From NCBI GenBank assembly GCA_001792345.1, contig MGGJ01000009.1, forward strand, positions 3,711-67,710: a stretch of DNA of 64,000 nt, read 5' to 3'. Both the position numbers and the translations under genes were made by a program. Positions 38,289 to 49,062 of the stretch are shown here, piece after piece (the stretch's first letter is position 1; the number at the start of each line of letters is the position of its first letter). Source of the DNA: Candidatus Woesebacteria bacterium RIFCSPHIGHO2_01_FULL_39_32. GTDB taxonomy: Bacteria > Patescibacteriota > Microgenomatia > UBA8517. Below the pieces are notes generated by a model. It made no database searches. It was not told the origin of the DNA and saw only the letters and a program-made list of their open reading frames with translations.

Positions 38289-38669
38289 TCACAGTGGATA
38301 TATTGATATGCCTGGAATTTTTTCGAAGTGCTTTTTGTTGAGAGTTAAGACAGACCCACCTATCTCAAAGGAAGATGCTGCTATAATACAATCTGCAGCT
38401 TCAATATCCTTTGTTTGACTTCTGTAAATTTCGGCAGATCTCTTTGCAATATCCCAGGTCAGCTCTATTTGTTGGAAACACTTCCGAAGTTCTCCAATTT
38501 TTTTCTCCACATCCTTTCTTTGCGAGCTTGAACCTAAAAATAATTCAAACACCACAATGGTTGGCAAAAAAATCTCTGAATCCTCATCTACTTTCTCCTG
38601 AAACTTATTCCACTTATCTCCCCCCCTAAGGTTATCTATTAAGATTGAAGTATCTACAATAATTTTCAT
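38289..38669 (-). CDS. vapC: PIN-domain toxin (VapC-like)
   Basis: Begins MKIIVDTSILID with acidic residues typical of a PIN domain. A 1-nt overlap with the upstream antitoxin gives a classic toxin-antitoxin layout. Confidence 0.7.
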   Translation of the reverse strand: MKIIVDTSILIDNLRGGDKWNKFQEKVDEDSEIFLPTIVVFELFLGSSSQRKDVEKKIGELRKCFQQIELTWDIAKRSAEIYRSQTKDIEAADCIIAASSFEIGGSVLTLNKKHFEKIPGISIYPL

Positions 38670-38935
38670 TAATACTTACTTATTCTGGAGAGCCAAGCCT
38701 TAGATTTCTTTCCCCTAAGGGGACTTTTACTCAAATCAAAGTCTTTCAATATCCCGTGAGCATCGTCCATCACTTTTTTAAGTCCTTCCCAATCAACTTT
38801 ACTTTTTCTGGGAACGATGACAGCAACAAGTTTATTGTTTCTCTCGACTAAAACCTGAGTCCCCATAGAAACTTTTTCCAAAAGTTCGAAAAAGTTATTT
38901 CTGGCATGAGTTGCTGATACCCTTATTGTATTCAC
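38669..38935 (-). CDS. Antitoxin (Phd/YefM-type)
   Basis: MNTIRVSATHARNNFFELLEKV...VLVERNNKLVAVIVP matches the Phd/YefM pattern. Confidence 0.65.
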   Translation of the reverse strand: MNTIRVSATHARNNFFELLEKVSMGTQVLVERNNKLVAVIVPRKSKVDWEGLKKVMDDAHGILKDFDLSKSPLRGKKSKAWLSRISKY

Positions 38936-39004
38936 GCTCCAAATTTAGCATCTAATGTACATCTTGTCAACAGAAATTGGAAGAAAAAATCCGAAAAAGA
39001 GATT

Positions 39005-39532
39005 TTAGGGAGTATAACGAAACGACTGGGCAATTTGATCCAGGTCAGAGTAAAGAGATTCTGATTTGGTTGAAAAAACATAAACTATCTTATCAACGTC
39101 CGAAACGTATATATAATACGCTTTTTTATTTATTCCTCCTCTCACCTCGTTCCTTGACGCTGCTTGGTATCCATTTATAACTAATTCCTTTTTCCCCGAA
39201 GTAGATTTTATCTCGTTCTTGCTGTCAGCATAATCGAGGTACTCTCCCAATGACCCATTCCCAATCGGATCATAATTTCTTATTACCGAAATAATATTTT
39301 CTCCGAGCTTTAAATCAGCAAATGTTGTATCCTCGTCAACAACATAGTTTTCAGGCAATTGAACAGTGAAATCTAACGTCTCAGATTGAAAAGTTTTTAA
39401 CTGTGAACCGATTGGTACTGAACTTTCAGTTAACGAGGTATCATCTTGGGCTTTTTGGAAGCTTAACCAATAAACAAATATTGCAAGGATAATAAAAACA
39501 GTGATTAGTAGGAATATATTTTTTCTTTTCAT
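39005..39532 (-). CDS. Hypothetical secreted/membrane-anchored protein
   Basis: N-terminal transmembrane segment. Overlaps the upstream large gene by 4 nt. Confidence 0.45.
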   Translation of the reverse strand: MKRKNIFLLITVFIILAIFVYWLSFQKAQDDTSLTESSVPIGSQLKTFQSETLDFTVQLPENYVVDEDTTFADLKLGENIISVIRNYDPIGNGSLGEYLDYADSKNEIKSTSGKKELVINGYQAASRNEVRGGINKKAYYIYVSDVDKIVYVFSTKSESLYSDLDQIAQSFRYTP

Positions 39533-42285
39533 TCGTATCCGAATTCCAGATTACCATGATTGGTTTTTATATACAATAAAATAAGTCCCTGTTTTGTTTC
39601 TTTTTGCAACTTTTCACCAGGATTTTTTTTGAAAAGGTAACTTTTATCTTCTTTGGGATTGTAAATTATTGCCAGACGGGTTTCACCTTTATCAAACCAG
39701 CTTTGTAAAATGTGATTAAAGCCTTGAGATTTTTTGTTTAAAGTAAAACTCGCCGAATATAAATTCCTATCGAAGTTGAAAGTTTCGCCATCGTTATATT
39801 GAACAGTCTCGATAGAATAAGTGTCAAGTTTGTCCATTCTCCTGAATTTTCCTTCAAGTTCCAAAGTATTTCCGGATTTATCTTTAATGACTATCGAATC
39901 CGACTTAAATCTTCCTCTGCCTTCTCCAAAAGTTACTTCCGTTTCATTTTCATCAACCCCTGAAACTAATGCGTCTTCCTTTTCAGGACTGAATTCTATT
40001 TTTACTTCGGGAGGAGTCTTATTGATATAGAAAGTAACTGACTTTATTTCTTCGATATTTTCGTCGTTATCAACCGAATAATATTCAATTGTATGCTCTC
40101 CTTCTTCAGTAATAATAAAAGGCTGACTATATTCGCCAAAATAACCATCGTCAACTTTGTAACCAGTGTAATACACACCTGATCCTCCTTCATTATCTTC
40201 TGAGTTAAGAGTTACTTTAACATCGGATCTGAACCAACCGCTTTCTCCTTCGACACCAGTTAATAAAACTTGAGTGTTGGGAGGAATTGTATCAGCCCTT
40301 TCTCCTACTAAAGCAAAGTAGCTTGCATGGTTTAAGTAAGCAGTAGCAATACCATTTTCAAGATCAACATCTGTTTCTTCTTTAACCCAGGTAAGTCCAT
40401 CTTCGCTTGAATAAATTGAAATAGAATCAGCTTTATATTTACTTATATCAAAATCATTAAAATCTATTGTAAGAGTAAAGTTTTCAGGAAAGGTTGTGAT
40501 CGGATTTCCTGTTGCGTCAACTACATTTAAATAAAGGGTTGAACCCAGAGATTCGAAAGATTCAGAAATTGTTACGGTTGGAGAATATTGCATATTAACA
40601 TTAAGTGGGTCGGTGGTTTCATCCTCGGGAAAGGAAAGATTATAGCGCTCAAGTCGAAAATATCCACCGTTGCTTGTCAGTCCCTCTGACAAATTTGCGA
40701 TGGGTTTGGTCCAAAGGTAATAGCTTTTATTGCCTGTCCTATTAACACCCTTATATTCAAAAGCGTAACTTGGCCAAGGGTCTTCCTGACTACTTTGCCA
40801 ACCGAAAGGATCCGTTAAGCCGTCTGGTCTATTGTCATTAAAATTACCGTCTGCGTTTTTATCCTCTATAACGGAAAAGTGAATGTGCGGAGCGCTTGAC
40901 TTACCGGTTGATCCTACTTTGCCTATTACCTCGCCTTTATTTACGAAGCGTGGAGTAGTAAAGCTTTGAGCAATCGGGTCATTATCCTGAAGATGATAGT
41001 ACCTTGTCTGGTACCCATTACCATGGTCGATTACGATTACATTCCCGCAAGCTTTTGTCCCACAAATAGGATTATCATCACTTACTTTGTAAAAAGATGC
41101 TATTCCTAAGGCGGCAGCTAAGACTGGATCGCCATTGTAAACACGGGCTCCTGACCCAAACCAATCATAGCCGTCGTGTTTTGAATAGTTTAAGTCAGAT
41201 CTGAATTTTCCTTGATAATTTGTAAGCGTACCTTGTGCGTATTCCGGTTCACTCAAAACACTTCCCACATCGACAAACGGATACTCATGGTCAAAATATG
41301 ACCCAATTGCAGTTGCCGCTTCAGAAAAACTTAATCCTTTTCCCTCATAATCCCACGGCAAATCCAAAAAAGGCAGCGGAGCTTGTGTAGTTCCTCCCGG
41401 ACATCCGAGAGCAAACAAATTCAAAAAGTAATTTTTAATATTTTGGTCAAGGTTAGAATATGTATAGAGGGCTTCTCCTGAAACTGATAAATACCCTTTA
41501 TCAAATTTCCCTTCCGCCAAAATAGTCCTGTCATATTGACTAGTGTTTACAGAAAGAGGAGAAACAACTCCCGGATCAAGCGAATTTCCAATAAAACAAA
41601 GGTCATCAAATCCTGTAGCCACACTTTGTAAGCTCGAAGTATTTATCGGATTATATGTGTCGTGCCATAATGCACCAATAATTCCGAAGGGTCCTGTTGT
41701 AACTGGAGTTCCAATTGGAATTGAAGAACTACCACAAGACCAAAAATCAATCACTTCTCCGGGTGGAAAAGTGTCGGAAATTCCTAAGGCCGAAAAAAGA
41801 TTATTAAACCTTGACCCATCATATCCTGGCAATCCTAAGCCTTGATGACTAGAATAGCCTCCGCCAGCGATGTAAACTACACCTCCAGATCTGATAAAAG
41901 CTGCAAGTTCGTTAGCTTCCTCGTCAGTCAAATCTGTATCCGAAAGACCTGCAAAAAATACTTCCATTTTCTTTTGACCGTTTGCGACAAGCGACCCCGA
42001 AGTTATATTTGTTACAAAAGGCTCAAGATTAACAGAGCAACTTACACCTCCACCTGCTCCAAAGTTTGATTCATTTAACAACGCATCCCTTAATGGCTGT
42101 GAAGGATCTTCTTCAAAATCATCACTTGGAATAAAACCGACTAAAGGAAAAAAGTTCCTTGGCGAAGCAAAACCAGACACCCGGATGCTGGCTGCTTGAG
42201 CTTTCGCCGGAGTTGAAAGAAGAAGTACCAGGCAGAAAATTGCCGAAAGTAAGGCCTTAAAAATAAAGGTCGGTCTATACTTCAT
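39529..42285 (-). CDS. Large secreted multidomain protein (918 aa) with a central M23 (LytM-like) peptidase domain
   Basis: Signal peptide. M23 motifs (HDGYDW...; GKVGSTGKSSAPHIHFSV). Long N- and C-terminal beta-rich extensions. Confidence 0.7.
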   Translation of the reverse strand: MKYRPTFIFKALLSAIFCLVLLLSTPAKAQAASIRVSGFASPRNFFPLVGFIPSDDFEEDPSQPLRDALLNESNFGAGGGVSCSVNLEPFVTNITSGSLVANGQKKMEVFFAGLSDTDLTDEEANELAAFIRSGGVVYIAGGGYSSHQGLGLPGYDGSRFNNLFSALGISDTFPPGEVIDFWSCGSSSIPIGTPVTTGPFGIIGALWHDTYNPINTSSLQSVATGFDDLCFIGNSLDPGVVSPLSVNTSQYDRTILAEGKFDKGYLSVSGEALYTYSNLDQNIKNYFLNLFALGCPGGTTQAPLPFLDLPWDYEGKGLSFSEAATAIGSYFDHEYPFVDVGSVLSEPEYAQGTLTNYQGKFRSDLNYSKHDGYDWFGSGARVYNGDPVLAAALGIASFYKVSDDNPICGTKACGNVIVIDHGNGYQTRYYHLQDNDPIAQSFTTPRFVNKGEVIGKVGSTGKSSAPHIHFSVIEDKNADGNFNDNRPDGLTDPFGWQSSQEDPWPSYAFEYKGVNRTGNKSYYLWTKPIANLSEGLTSNGGYFRLERYNLSFPEDETTDPLNVNMQYSPTVTISESFESLGSTLYLNVVDATGNPITTFPENFTLTIDFNDFDISKYKADSISIYSSEDGLTWVKEETDVDLENGIATAYLNHASYFALVGERADTIPPNTQVLLTGVEGESGWFRSDVKVTLNSEDNEGGSGVYYTGYKVDDGYFGEYSQPFIITEEGEHTIEYYSVDNDENIEEIKSVTFYINKTPPEVKIEFSPEKEDALVSGVDENETEVTFGEGRGRFKSDSIVIKDKSGNTLELEGKFRRMDKLDTYSIETVQYNDGETFNFDRNLYSASFTLNKKSQGFNHILQSWFDKGETRLAIIYNPKEDKSYLFKKNPGEKLQKETKQGLILLYIKTNHGNLEFGYE

Positions 42286-42349
42286 GCCTTTTATTTATTA
42301 AAAAGCTGCTTTTCTAAAAATACAATACCTAAATTTTTCCCAAACCTAT

Positions 42350-42817
42350 TTATCTATCCACCGTGATTGGATCATCTATCTCACCTGTTGCTGAAGTGTG
42401 GAGGCGGCCATTGGCGTCAACATAAATTGTGTAACCGGTATTGCCTGCAGGATCAGTCGCTTGCGGATCTGAGGGCATTTCTACCAGGTAAACAGGGACT
42501 ATCTCGTCTCCAACGTCTCCTGCACCTGCAAGATTAAAACAACCTACATCTATCCCAACGCAGGTGGCAGCTCCCGGAAAGTTACTAGTATCAGGATCTC
42601 CATCCGTATCTGGTAAATCGCCACTGTGTTCAGAAGCATATTGCATAACCGCGGCCAAAATTGCGATGAGATCGGTTTCTCTCTCGGCGTCGCGAGCCTT
42701 TGCGAGCTGTCTACCTGGATTTACGGCTACCACAATAATCGTCGACATTACCCCCATTATTGCAATTACTACCAAAAGTTCAATCAACGTAAAGCCTCTT
42801 TTAATTTTTTCCATCAT
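42350..42817 (-). CDS. Type IV pilin (prepilin with class III signal)
   Basis: KRGFTLIELLVVIAIMGV: a prepilin peptidase cleavage/methylation site, then a hydrophobic helix. Confidence 0.8.
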   Translation of the reverse strand: MMEKIKRGFTLIELLVVIAIMGVMSTIIVVAVNPGRQLAKARDAERETDLIAILAAVMQYASEHSGDLPDTDGDPDTSNFPGAATCVGIDVGCFNLAGAGDVGDEIVPVYLVEMPSDPQATDPAGNTGYTIYVDANGRLHTSATGEIDDPITVDR

Positions 42818-43050
42818 TTTATCTCCAAGGGTAAAGTTTCTTTAGTAAAAACCCAAGAATATGCCTCCTCTAGCTTTTCTTTATCGATACGCACGTCGCC
42901 ACTTATCTCCCTTTGGTCTATTTCATATGCAGTAATATACGCGGAAAAAAGGCCTCTGAAAGTTAGTATTACCATTACCGAAAGCAATGTCAACGTAACC
43001 ATCAAAACTATATAAAATTTATCGACCTTGTCCCAATTTACAGATATCAT
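42814..43050 (-). CDS. Small membrane protein in the pilus operon
   Basis: Single transmembrane segment. Overlaps the pilin gene start by 4 nt. Confidence 0.35.
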   Translation of the reverse strand: MISVNWDKVDKFYIVLMVTLTLLSVMVILTFRGLFSAYITAYEIDQREISGDVRIDKEKLEEAYSWVFTKETLPLEIK

Positions 43051-43067
43051 GTGTTATAAAAATCGCA

Positions 43068-43817
43068 CTATTGTGCGATTTTTTTATCGTCAACATATAA
43101 AAACAAACCGTATTTAAATACTAACACTCCCGGATCCGTCTCGGAAGGCTCAATACTAATATTTGCAGCTCTAAATAGAAATGGCAGTTTATCGATTTTT
43201 TGTAAATCGCGATCTATTGCTTCCCAAGTTCCAGTTAGCTCGATCACTACCGGAATTCCAAAATTGCCGGTCCTATCTTTAACAGACTGCTGACTCGCGA
43301 ATGCAACTTTTTTAAGAGCCGATTCTTCACTTCTAATTTTTTCTGCTTCATTCACAAAATCAACCAAACCAGATTCTTCCAAAAACAGACCTTGAAGAGT
43401 ATTGGCTTTTTCCAGACTTTTTTCAACTTCCGTAAACTCAAAGGCGACGCTGCTTTCATTCAAAAATTCTTCTGTCCGAAGTTTTCTTAACTCCTCAGCT
43501 TTTTTGGGGAACTGAAAAAGAATGAAAATCAATAAACCAATGGAAATAAGATTTATAATCCCTAAGATAACATCTTTAGAAGATAAAATTGATCTACCTT
43601 CCGAATCTTCCATATCAGACGAATCCTCATCAAAACCGTCTGGAACTTTCACCTTCACATCTTCATTACCTATTTTCTCCGCATCTTTTCTCGGTAGTTT
43701 CTTTTTCTCAGATAAATTTTCTTCGTCGCCTCTTTCGCTTTTAGATTTCGTCGCCGCTTCCTCCTCAGTCTCAGGAGGAAGCTCTTTCATTTGAGTAAGA
43801 TATTTTGTATCTTTCAT
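43068..43817 (-). CDS. PilO-like type IV pilus assembly membrane protein
   Basis: Acidic N-terminus, single transmembrane segment, periplasmic coiled-coil/alpha-beta region. Location after pilM/N. Confidence 0.35.
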   Translation of the reverse strand: MKDTKYLTQMKELPPETEEEAATKSKSERGDEENLSEKKKLPRKDAEKIGNEDVKVKVPDGFDEDSSDMEDSEGRSILSSKDVILGIINLISIGLLIFILFQFPKKAEELRKLRTEEFLNESSVAFEFTEVEKSLEKANTLQGLFLEESGLVDFVNEAEKIRSEESALKKVAFASQQSVKDRTGNFGIPVVIELTGTWEAIDRDLQKIDKLPFLFRAANISIEPSETDPGVLVFKYGLFLYVDDKKIAQ

Positions 43818-43822
43818 AGTCT

Positions 43823-45244
43823 TTACTTACCTTTCTTTTTTGTAGGTTCCGGCGGAACGAGAGGTTTATATAAAAAGCTTAACGTAAATTCCAAGTTAAT
43901 CTCTTTTTCAAAACTGGAGATGGGAATAGTAACGCTTGTGTAGTCCGTATTTGTCTCAAGTTTTTGTTTAAAATTAATAAGAGAAGCTCTATCGACAGAT
44001 ATCCCAGTAAGACTTACTTCTCCCCTATCAAGATCAAGATTATAGCCGGATATTGCTATACCCTGAGGCTTCGACATATCGATAGTGTTCAGTATCTTTT
44101 GCGGTAATACCGATATCTTTTTAATGGCAAGAATTTTTTCGGAGATTTTATTTATTGTCTTTATGTTAGAGACTGCTTCTTCGCGTTTTTTGGTAGTTTC
44201 TGCATTTACCTTACTTACCAACTTCAAACTATTAATATTTTGTACCATGAATAGATATGCTCCTAAGGTTATTAAAAATGATATCCAGGTGAATAAAGTA
44301 ATTGTAAGTGTTAAACCCCACACCTGTAACCTGAGCCGTTCTTTCTTATATTTTTCTACTAAAGAAAAGGGTAGAAGATTTAAAGAATTTGGGTCCGAAG
44401 GCTCTGCAGGCTCTGACAATTGCATTGATAATGGAATTAAATATTCCTGAAGTTTCGCTTTTTCAATCCCGGAAACTTCAGGTTGAATCAATAAAAATTG
44501 AAGTTTTAATTGATCTGTCAGTCTAGCAACTAATTCTTCTGTAATTTGCGTTCCCCCTAAAGAGAGTGTCTTTATTTGAACTTCTTTAAAGTGGGTAAGC
44601 ATTTGAGAGCTTGTTTTTATAATTTGCTTGGGGTCGGCACCTTTAATAACCGATGTTCCAACAATTCTTTCTCCTTGAGCGACTACAAGAAGTGCTTCCC
44701 CAAAATTTTTATAAATAATAAGGCTTCCAGAAGAATCTTTTTTAGATAGCCTCACAAGACAAGTCGACGGAGTTTCAACTACAAGCGGAAATAGTCCAGC
44801 TTCCTCACACGCACTAACGTATTGACTAAGAACTTCCTTACTTACAGCTACTATCAAAATTTCATAGCCTTCGGGAGTCTTATCTATTATCTTCCAGTCG
44901 GTAATCGTTTCAGCCTGCGAACTTGGCAGAAATTCCTGAGCTTGCCAATTAACTGCTTCCGCAAGTTCGGAAATAGCAAGTTTTGGAAGTTTAAAAAATT
45001 TAGTGAATGTTGATGCTTCGGGCAAAATAATCCCAATTGCGCGTTCTTTAATGTGAAGTTTTGCCCAAACATTTTCTAAAATCCGGGACAAAGCCGCGCT
45101 ATCTATTATCCTGGCTCCTTCGATAATTCCCTCTGGCAAATCCACCGTCGACTCCCTGATAACTTTTTTCTTACTTGAAGAAAGTTGCAAGATAAGAAGT
45201 TTGTTACTCAAAAAATATATCGATACGAATGATCTTTTGAACAT
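43823..45244 (-). CDS. pilM: PilM-PilN fusion protein (actin-like ATPase fold, then a transmembrane segment and a PilN-like periplasmic region)
   Basis: N-terminal PilM-like region (ILQLSSSKKKVIRESTVDLPEGIIEGARIID). Mid-protein transmembrane segment (GLTLTITLFTWISFLITLGAYLF), then a PilN-like C-terminus. Confidence 0.6.
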   Translation of the reverse strand: MFKRSFVSIYFLSNKLLILQLSSSKKKVIRESTVDLPEGIIEGARIIDSAALSRILENVWAKLHIKERAIGIILPEASTFTKFFKLPKLAISELAEAVNWQAQEFLPSSQAETITDWKIIDKTPEGYEILIVAVSKEVLSQYVSACEEAGLFPLVVETPSTCLVRLSKKDSSGSLIIYKNFGEALLVVAQGERIVGTSVIKGADPKQIIKTSSQMLTHFKEVQIKTLSLGGTQITEELVARLTDQLKLQFLLIQPEVSGIEKAKLQEYLIPLSMQLSEPAEPSDPNSLNLLPFSLVEKYKKERLRLQVWGLTLTITLFTWISFLITLGAYLFMVQNINSLKLVSKVNAETTKKREEAVSNIKTINKISEKILAIKKISVLPQKILNTIDMSKPQGIAISGYNLDLDRGEVSLTGISVDRASLINFKQKLETNTDYTSVTIPISSFEKEINLEFTLSFLYKPLVPPEPTKKKGK

Positions 45245-45345
45245 GGACAGAATAGTTATTCGTTAGTAGTTCGTTGTTTGGCGTACAGAAAAACAGTGAA
45301 CTCTTTTTTCATTATCCCAAATGTTATACTTAATATCAATTACCT

Positions 45346-46683
45346 ATGCTGCCCCAAAGGGAAAATCAATACGCCAAAGGACAATCGTTAATTGGAATCC
45401 TGGTGAGCTTAGCAATATTTTCAATTCTTTCCCAGGCAATATTTACGGTAGTCTCGACCTCTCTTAATCTGGTATCTTTCAATAGATCTCGTATCACAGC
45501 ACGCCATCTAGCCCAGGAAAAAATCGAGCTAATCAGAAATCTTCCCTATAACGACGTCGGAACAGTTAGTGGAATTCCTGCTGGCCCACTACTTCAAGAA
45601 GAAAATATAGTCAGAAATAAGCTTAGCTATACAGTTAAAACGACGATAATTTATATCGATGATTTCTTTGACAACACGGCACCGAACGACCTTTTGGCAA
45701 CGGACTATAAAAGAGCTCGCGTTGAAGTTTCCTGGCAAGGACTTGCGGGTTCCAGAAACAATCCGGTTGTTATCTTAAGTGATATAGCACCCAAAGGAAT
45801 AGAAACAACAACAGGGGGCGGAACATTATCAATAGTTGTATTTGACGCAGACGGAGATCCTGTCCCCCAGGCAGGTGTAAGTATCGTTGCCCCGGAGACC
45901 GGAGTAAATTTAAATTTACAAACGGGAGATAACGGCAGAGTAATTCTCCCGGGAGCCCCTACATGCATAGCCTGTTATCAAATAACTGTATCAAAAAGTG
46001 GATTTAGCTCTGAGAGAACTTATTCTACCTCCGAAGTTCCAAATCCTATTAAACCTCACCAAACAATTTTAGAAGGTCAACTAACAGAAATAAGTTTTGC
46101 AATAGACACTCTATCAACTTTAGCCATTTCAACTTATAAAGGAAGGGAGAATAACTTCGAGACTTTAGCGAACGCAAGTTTCAATTTTAGAGGCCAAAAG
46201 ACTATAGGAATGGATGCCGGAGGCCAACCTATTTATAAATACGAAGAAGTTTTAACAACCGATGCATCTGGAAATTTGACAGAGGCTTTAGAATGGGATA
46301 ACTATCAGGCAACACCGAGCGCCAGCATTTACAACATTTCCGGTACCAATCCTCTGCAACCCTTAACAATAGTGCCCGGAACTTCCTCATCGTTTAAACT
46401 GGCTTTATCAGCTTTTTCCACTAATAATCTTCTTATCTCATTTGTCAATTCGTCCTCAAATCCAATTGCATCGGTTTCTGCAACTCTGACAGGTCCGGCA
46501 GGATTCGATGAGACAAAATTAAGTGGTGCAACCACAGATCCGGATTTCGGACAGGTATTTTTCTCAAATCTACTAAACCAAGACTATACCCTTTTAGCTA
46601 CAGCATCCGGATACCTTGACTACAATGCAACAATAAGCGTATTAGGTGAAACCCTAGAGCAAGTTAATTTAACAGCACAATAA
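45346..46683 (+). CDS. Large pseudopilin/minor pilin-like protein
   Basis: N-terminal prepilin-like segment (GQSLIGILVSLAIFSI), then beta-rich repeats. Confidence 0.5.
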   Translation: MLPQRENQYAKGQSLIGILVSLAIFSILSQAIFTVVSTSLNLVSFNRSRITARHLAQEKIELIRNLPYNDVGTVSGIPAGPLLQEENIVRNKLSYTVKTTIIYIDDFFDNTAPNDLLATDYKRARVEVSWQGLAGSRNNPVVILSDIAPKGIETTTGGGTLSIVVFDADGDPVPQAGVSIVAPETGVNLNLQTGDNGRVILPGAPTCIACYQITVSKSGFSSERTYSTSEVPNPIKPHQTILEGQLTEISFAIDTLSTLAISTYKGRENNFETLANASFNFRGQKTIGMDAGGQPIYKYEEVLTTDASGNLTEALEWDNYQATPSASIYNISGTNPLQPLTIVPGTSSSFKLALSAFSTNNLLISFVNSSSNPIASVSATLTGPAGFDETKLSGATTDPDFGQVFFSNLLNQDYTLLATASGYLDYNATISVLGETLEQVNLTAQ

Positions 46684-46686
46684 AGT

Positions 46687-47310
46687 ATGAAAACCAAAAA
46701 CTCACCGATCACCGATTCTGGTTTTACTTTAATCGAGGTCCTTATAACCTCCTCCATACTGGTCGTTCTTGGCGGTTTAGTTTTAACTCTAATTTATATT
46801 ACTACTCGAACTCGCCTCAGCACATTTCAAAACCTTATGAATGTTGACCAAACAAATTCACAGGTAAGTATTATGGTACGAGAATTACGAAACATCCAAA
46901 CTGGAGACAACGCGGCATACCCCCTTGAAAAAGCGCTGGATCAGGAAATTATTTTTTATTCCGACATGGACTACGATGGAGAAACCGAAAAAGTGCGTTA
47001 TACCCTCTCGGCAAATCAGTTTGTAAAAGGTGTAATAGAACCTGTCGGTTTCCCTGCAACATATCCATCGGCTAACGAAAAGGTTAAAATTCTTACTGAG
47101 GATGTAAGAAATGGAATCGATCCTATTTTTTATTATTATAATGGTGATTGGCCTGCAGATACACTCAATAATCCTTTGGCCCAACCGGTTCGTCTATCTG
47201 ACACTAAATTAATGAAGGTGTATCTCAAACTAAACACCGAAGATGATCCAAGTTCTGACTTTATTCTCGAATCCTATACTCAACTTAGAATATTAAAGGA
47301 AAATCTTTAA
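46687..47310 (+). CDS. Pseudopilin (prepilin-type N-terminal cleavage/methylation domain)
   Basis: GFTLIEVLITSSILVV class III signal. Confidence 0.7.
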   Translation: MKTKNSPITDSGFTLIEVLITSSILVVLGGLVLTLIYITTRTRLSTFQNLMNVDQTNSQVSIMVRELRNIQTGDNAAYPLEKALDQEIIFYSDMDYDGETEKVRYTLSANQFVKGVIEPVGFPATYPSANEKVKILTEDVRNGIDPIFYYYNGDWPADTLNNPLAQPVRLSDTKLMKVYLKLNTEDDPSSDFILESYTQLRILKENL

Positions 47311-47320
47311 AGAAATTGAT

Positions 47321-48754
47321 ATGATGAAAGTACCTGCCATGGTAAGAAGGATTTGGAAAGGCACAATTACACCTGCATTACTTGTCATAACCGGTGCTTT
47401 CTTGGTTGTACTATACGGAATCCTGTTTGTTTTAAGTTTGCAGTTTGACTACTCCAATAGACAAGTAGGTGGTGAGCAAGCATTACATGTTGCCGAAGCG
47501 GGAGTAAATTATTACCGTTGGCATCTGGCACATGATCCCGACGATTTTACCGACGGAACAGGACAAGCCGGTCCTTACGAGCATGAGTATTATGACCCTC
47601 AAGGTAATGCTGTTGGAAAGTATAGTCTTACAATTTCTCCGCCGGAGGAAGGTTCTTCCATAGTAACAATAAAATCAAACGGCTGGACATACCAGTATCC
47701 TAAAATAAAAAGAGCTGTAACTGTCCAATACGGAATACCCTCATTCGCTCGTTACTCATTCTTGTCAAACTCAAGTAGCTGGTATGGAAGTGGAATAACA
47801 GTTAATGGTTTGGTTCACTCAAATAACGGCATCAGAATGGACGGAACAAACACTTCACTGGTAACAAGTGCTCAAGAAACTTATATGTGTGGAAGTGAAA
47901 CGGGTTGTTCTCCGCCACAGCAGCGACCCGGCGTTTGGGGAAGTGGTGGAGATCAAGGCCTTTGGCAGTATCCAGTCACAGCGGTTGATTTTGATGAAAT
48001 TTCTCTTGATTTGACCAACATGAGAGATGCGGCTCAAACTGAAGGATTATATCTTGGACCATCAACAAAAAGTGGTTATCATATTATATTTTCCAGCAAT
48101 GGAACATTTACACTTAAGCGAGTGAATTCAACAAACTATATTCGAGGTTACAGTACACCAGGACAAGGTATCGGAGCAGAAGGACAAGGCGGTTGCAGAA
48201 GACTTTATCAACTAATAACAGGGGAAACAACACTCGGGACGTACAATGTTTCAGACACACCAATTGTTTTCGCAGAAGACGACCTTTGGGTAGAGGGGGC
48301 AATTCGAGGAAGAATTACAGTTGTATCAGCCTCTTTTCCAATACAATCAAGTCAAAGAGATATCTGGATTCGCAACAATCTTACTTACACGGCTTATGAC
48401 GGCAGCGATGTATTAGGATTGGTATCCCAAGATAATATATTTTTTATTCGAGACGTGCCGAATGATTTCAAAATCGATGCGGTTCTTATGGCACAAAAGG
48501 GGAAAATTATCCGCCATGGTTATTATTCATCCTGTAGTGGAACTTCCAGTGGCGCTGTAAAAAATAGTCTTACAATAAATGGAGCTCTAATCAATTACTA
48601 TAAATCCTACTGGAACTTTGTTTCTGGCTCAACTCTTGTCTCGGGCTTTACAACACGCACGATAAACTATGATACAAATCTTTTATACGCTCCCCCGCCT
48701 TATTTCCCAACTTCGGGCGAGTACGAATTTATATCCTGGAGAGAAGAAAGGTAA
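47321..48754 (+). CDS. Pilus-associated protein (PilX-like N-terminus), large
   Basis: N-terminal transmembrane segment (ALLVITGAFLVVLYGILFV). Sits in the pseudopilin operon. Confidence 0.4.
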   Translation: MMKVPAMVRRIWKGTITPALLVITGAFLVVLYGILFVLSLQFDYSNRQVGGEQALHVAEAGVNYYRWHLAHDPDDFTDGTGQAGPYEHEYYDPQGNAVGKYSLTISPPEEGSSIVTIKSNGWTYQYPKIKRAVTVQYGIPSFARYSFLSNSSSWYGSGITVNGLVHSNNGIRMDGTNTSLVTSAQETYMCGSETGCSPPQQRPGVWGSGGDQGLWQYPVTAVDFDEISLDLTNMRDAAQTEGLYLGPSTKSGYHIIFSSNGTFTLKRVNSTNYIRGYSTPGQGIGAEGQGGCRRLYQLITGETTLGTYNVSDTPIVFAEDDLWVEGAIRGRITVVSASFPIQSSQRDIWIRNNLTYTAYDGSDVLGLVSQDNIFFIRDVPNDFKIDAVLMAQKGKIIRHGYYSSCSGTSSGAVKNSLTINGALINYYKSYWNFVSGSTLVSGFTTRTINYDTNLLYAPPPYFPTSGEYEFISWREER

Positions 48755-48756
48755 AT

Positions 48757-49062
48757 TTACTCCACACAGGTTGAATCATAAACAGCTGTTCCTTGACTAA
48801 CAACTTTCCCAAACAACTCACAAGTTTTGAGTTCATCTTTTTTAATTCCACCAGTAATCTCGGAGCTATCTTTTCTTCTTTCAAATTCCTCCTTAAAATA
48901 GTCGCTAATAGAAGAATCGCTGTCGGGCAAATTATTAAATTCTATATTGTTGACTGAAGTAGGAACGTTATTTCTTGGGGGTGTTTTTAGTGATCTAATA
49001 ATTAATATCGATGTGACAACTAATACAAGAGATAAAATAATGAAAACTAAATATCTTCGCAT
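48757..49062 (-). CDS. Small transmembrane protein
   Basis: N-terminal transmembrane segment. Downstream of pilC. Confidence 0.35.
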   Translation of the reverse strand: MRRYLVFIILSLVLVVTSILIIRSLKTPPRNNVPTSVNNIEFNNLPDSDSSISDYFKEEFERRKDSSEITGGIKKDELKTCELFGKVVSQGTAVYDSTCVE

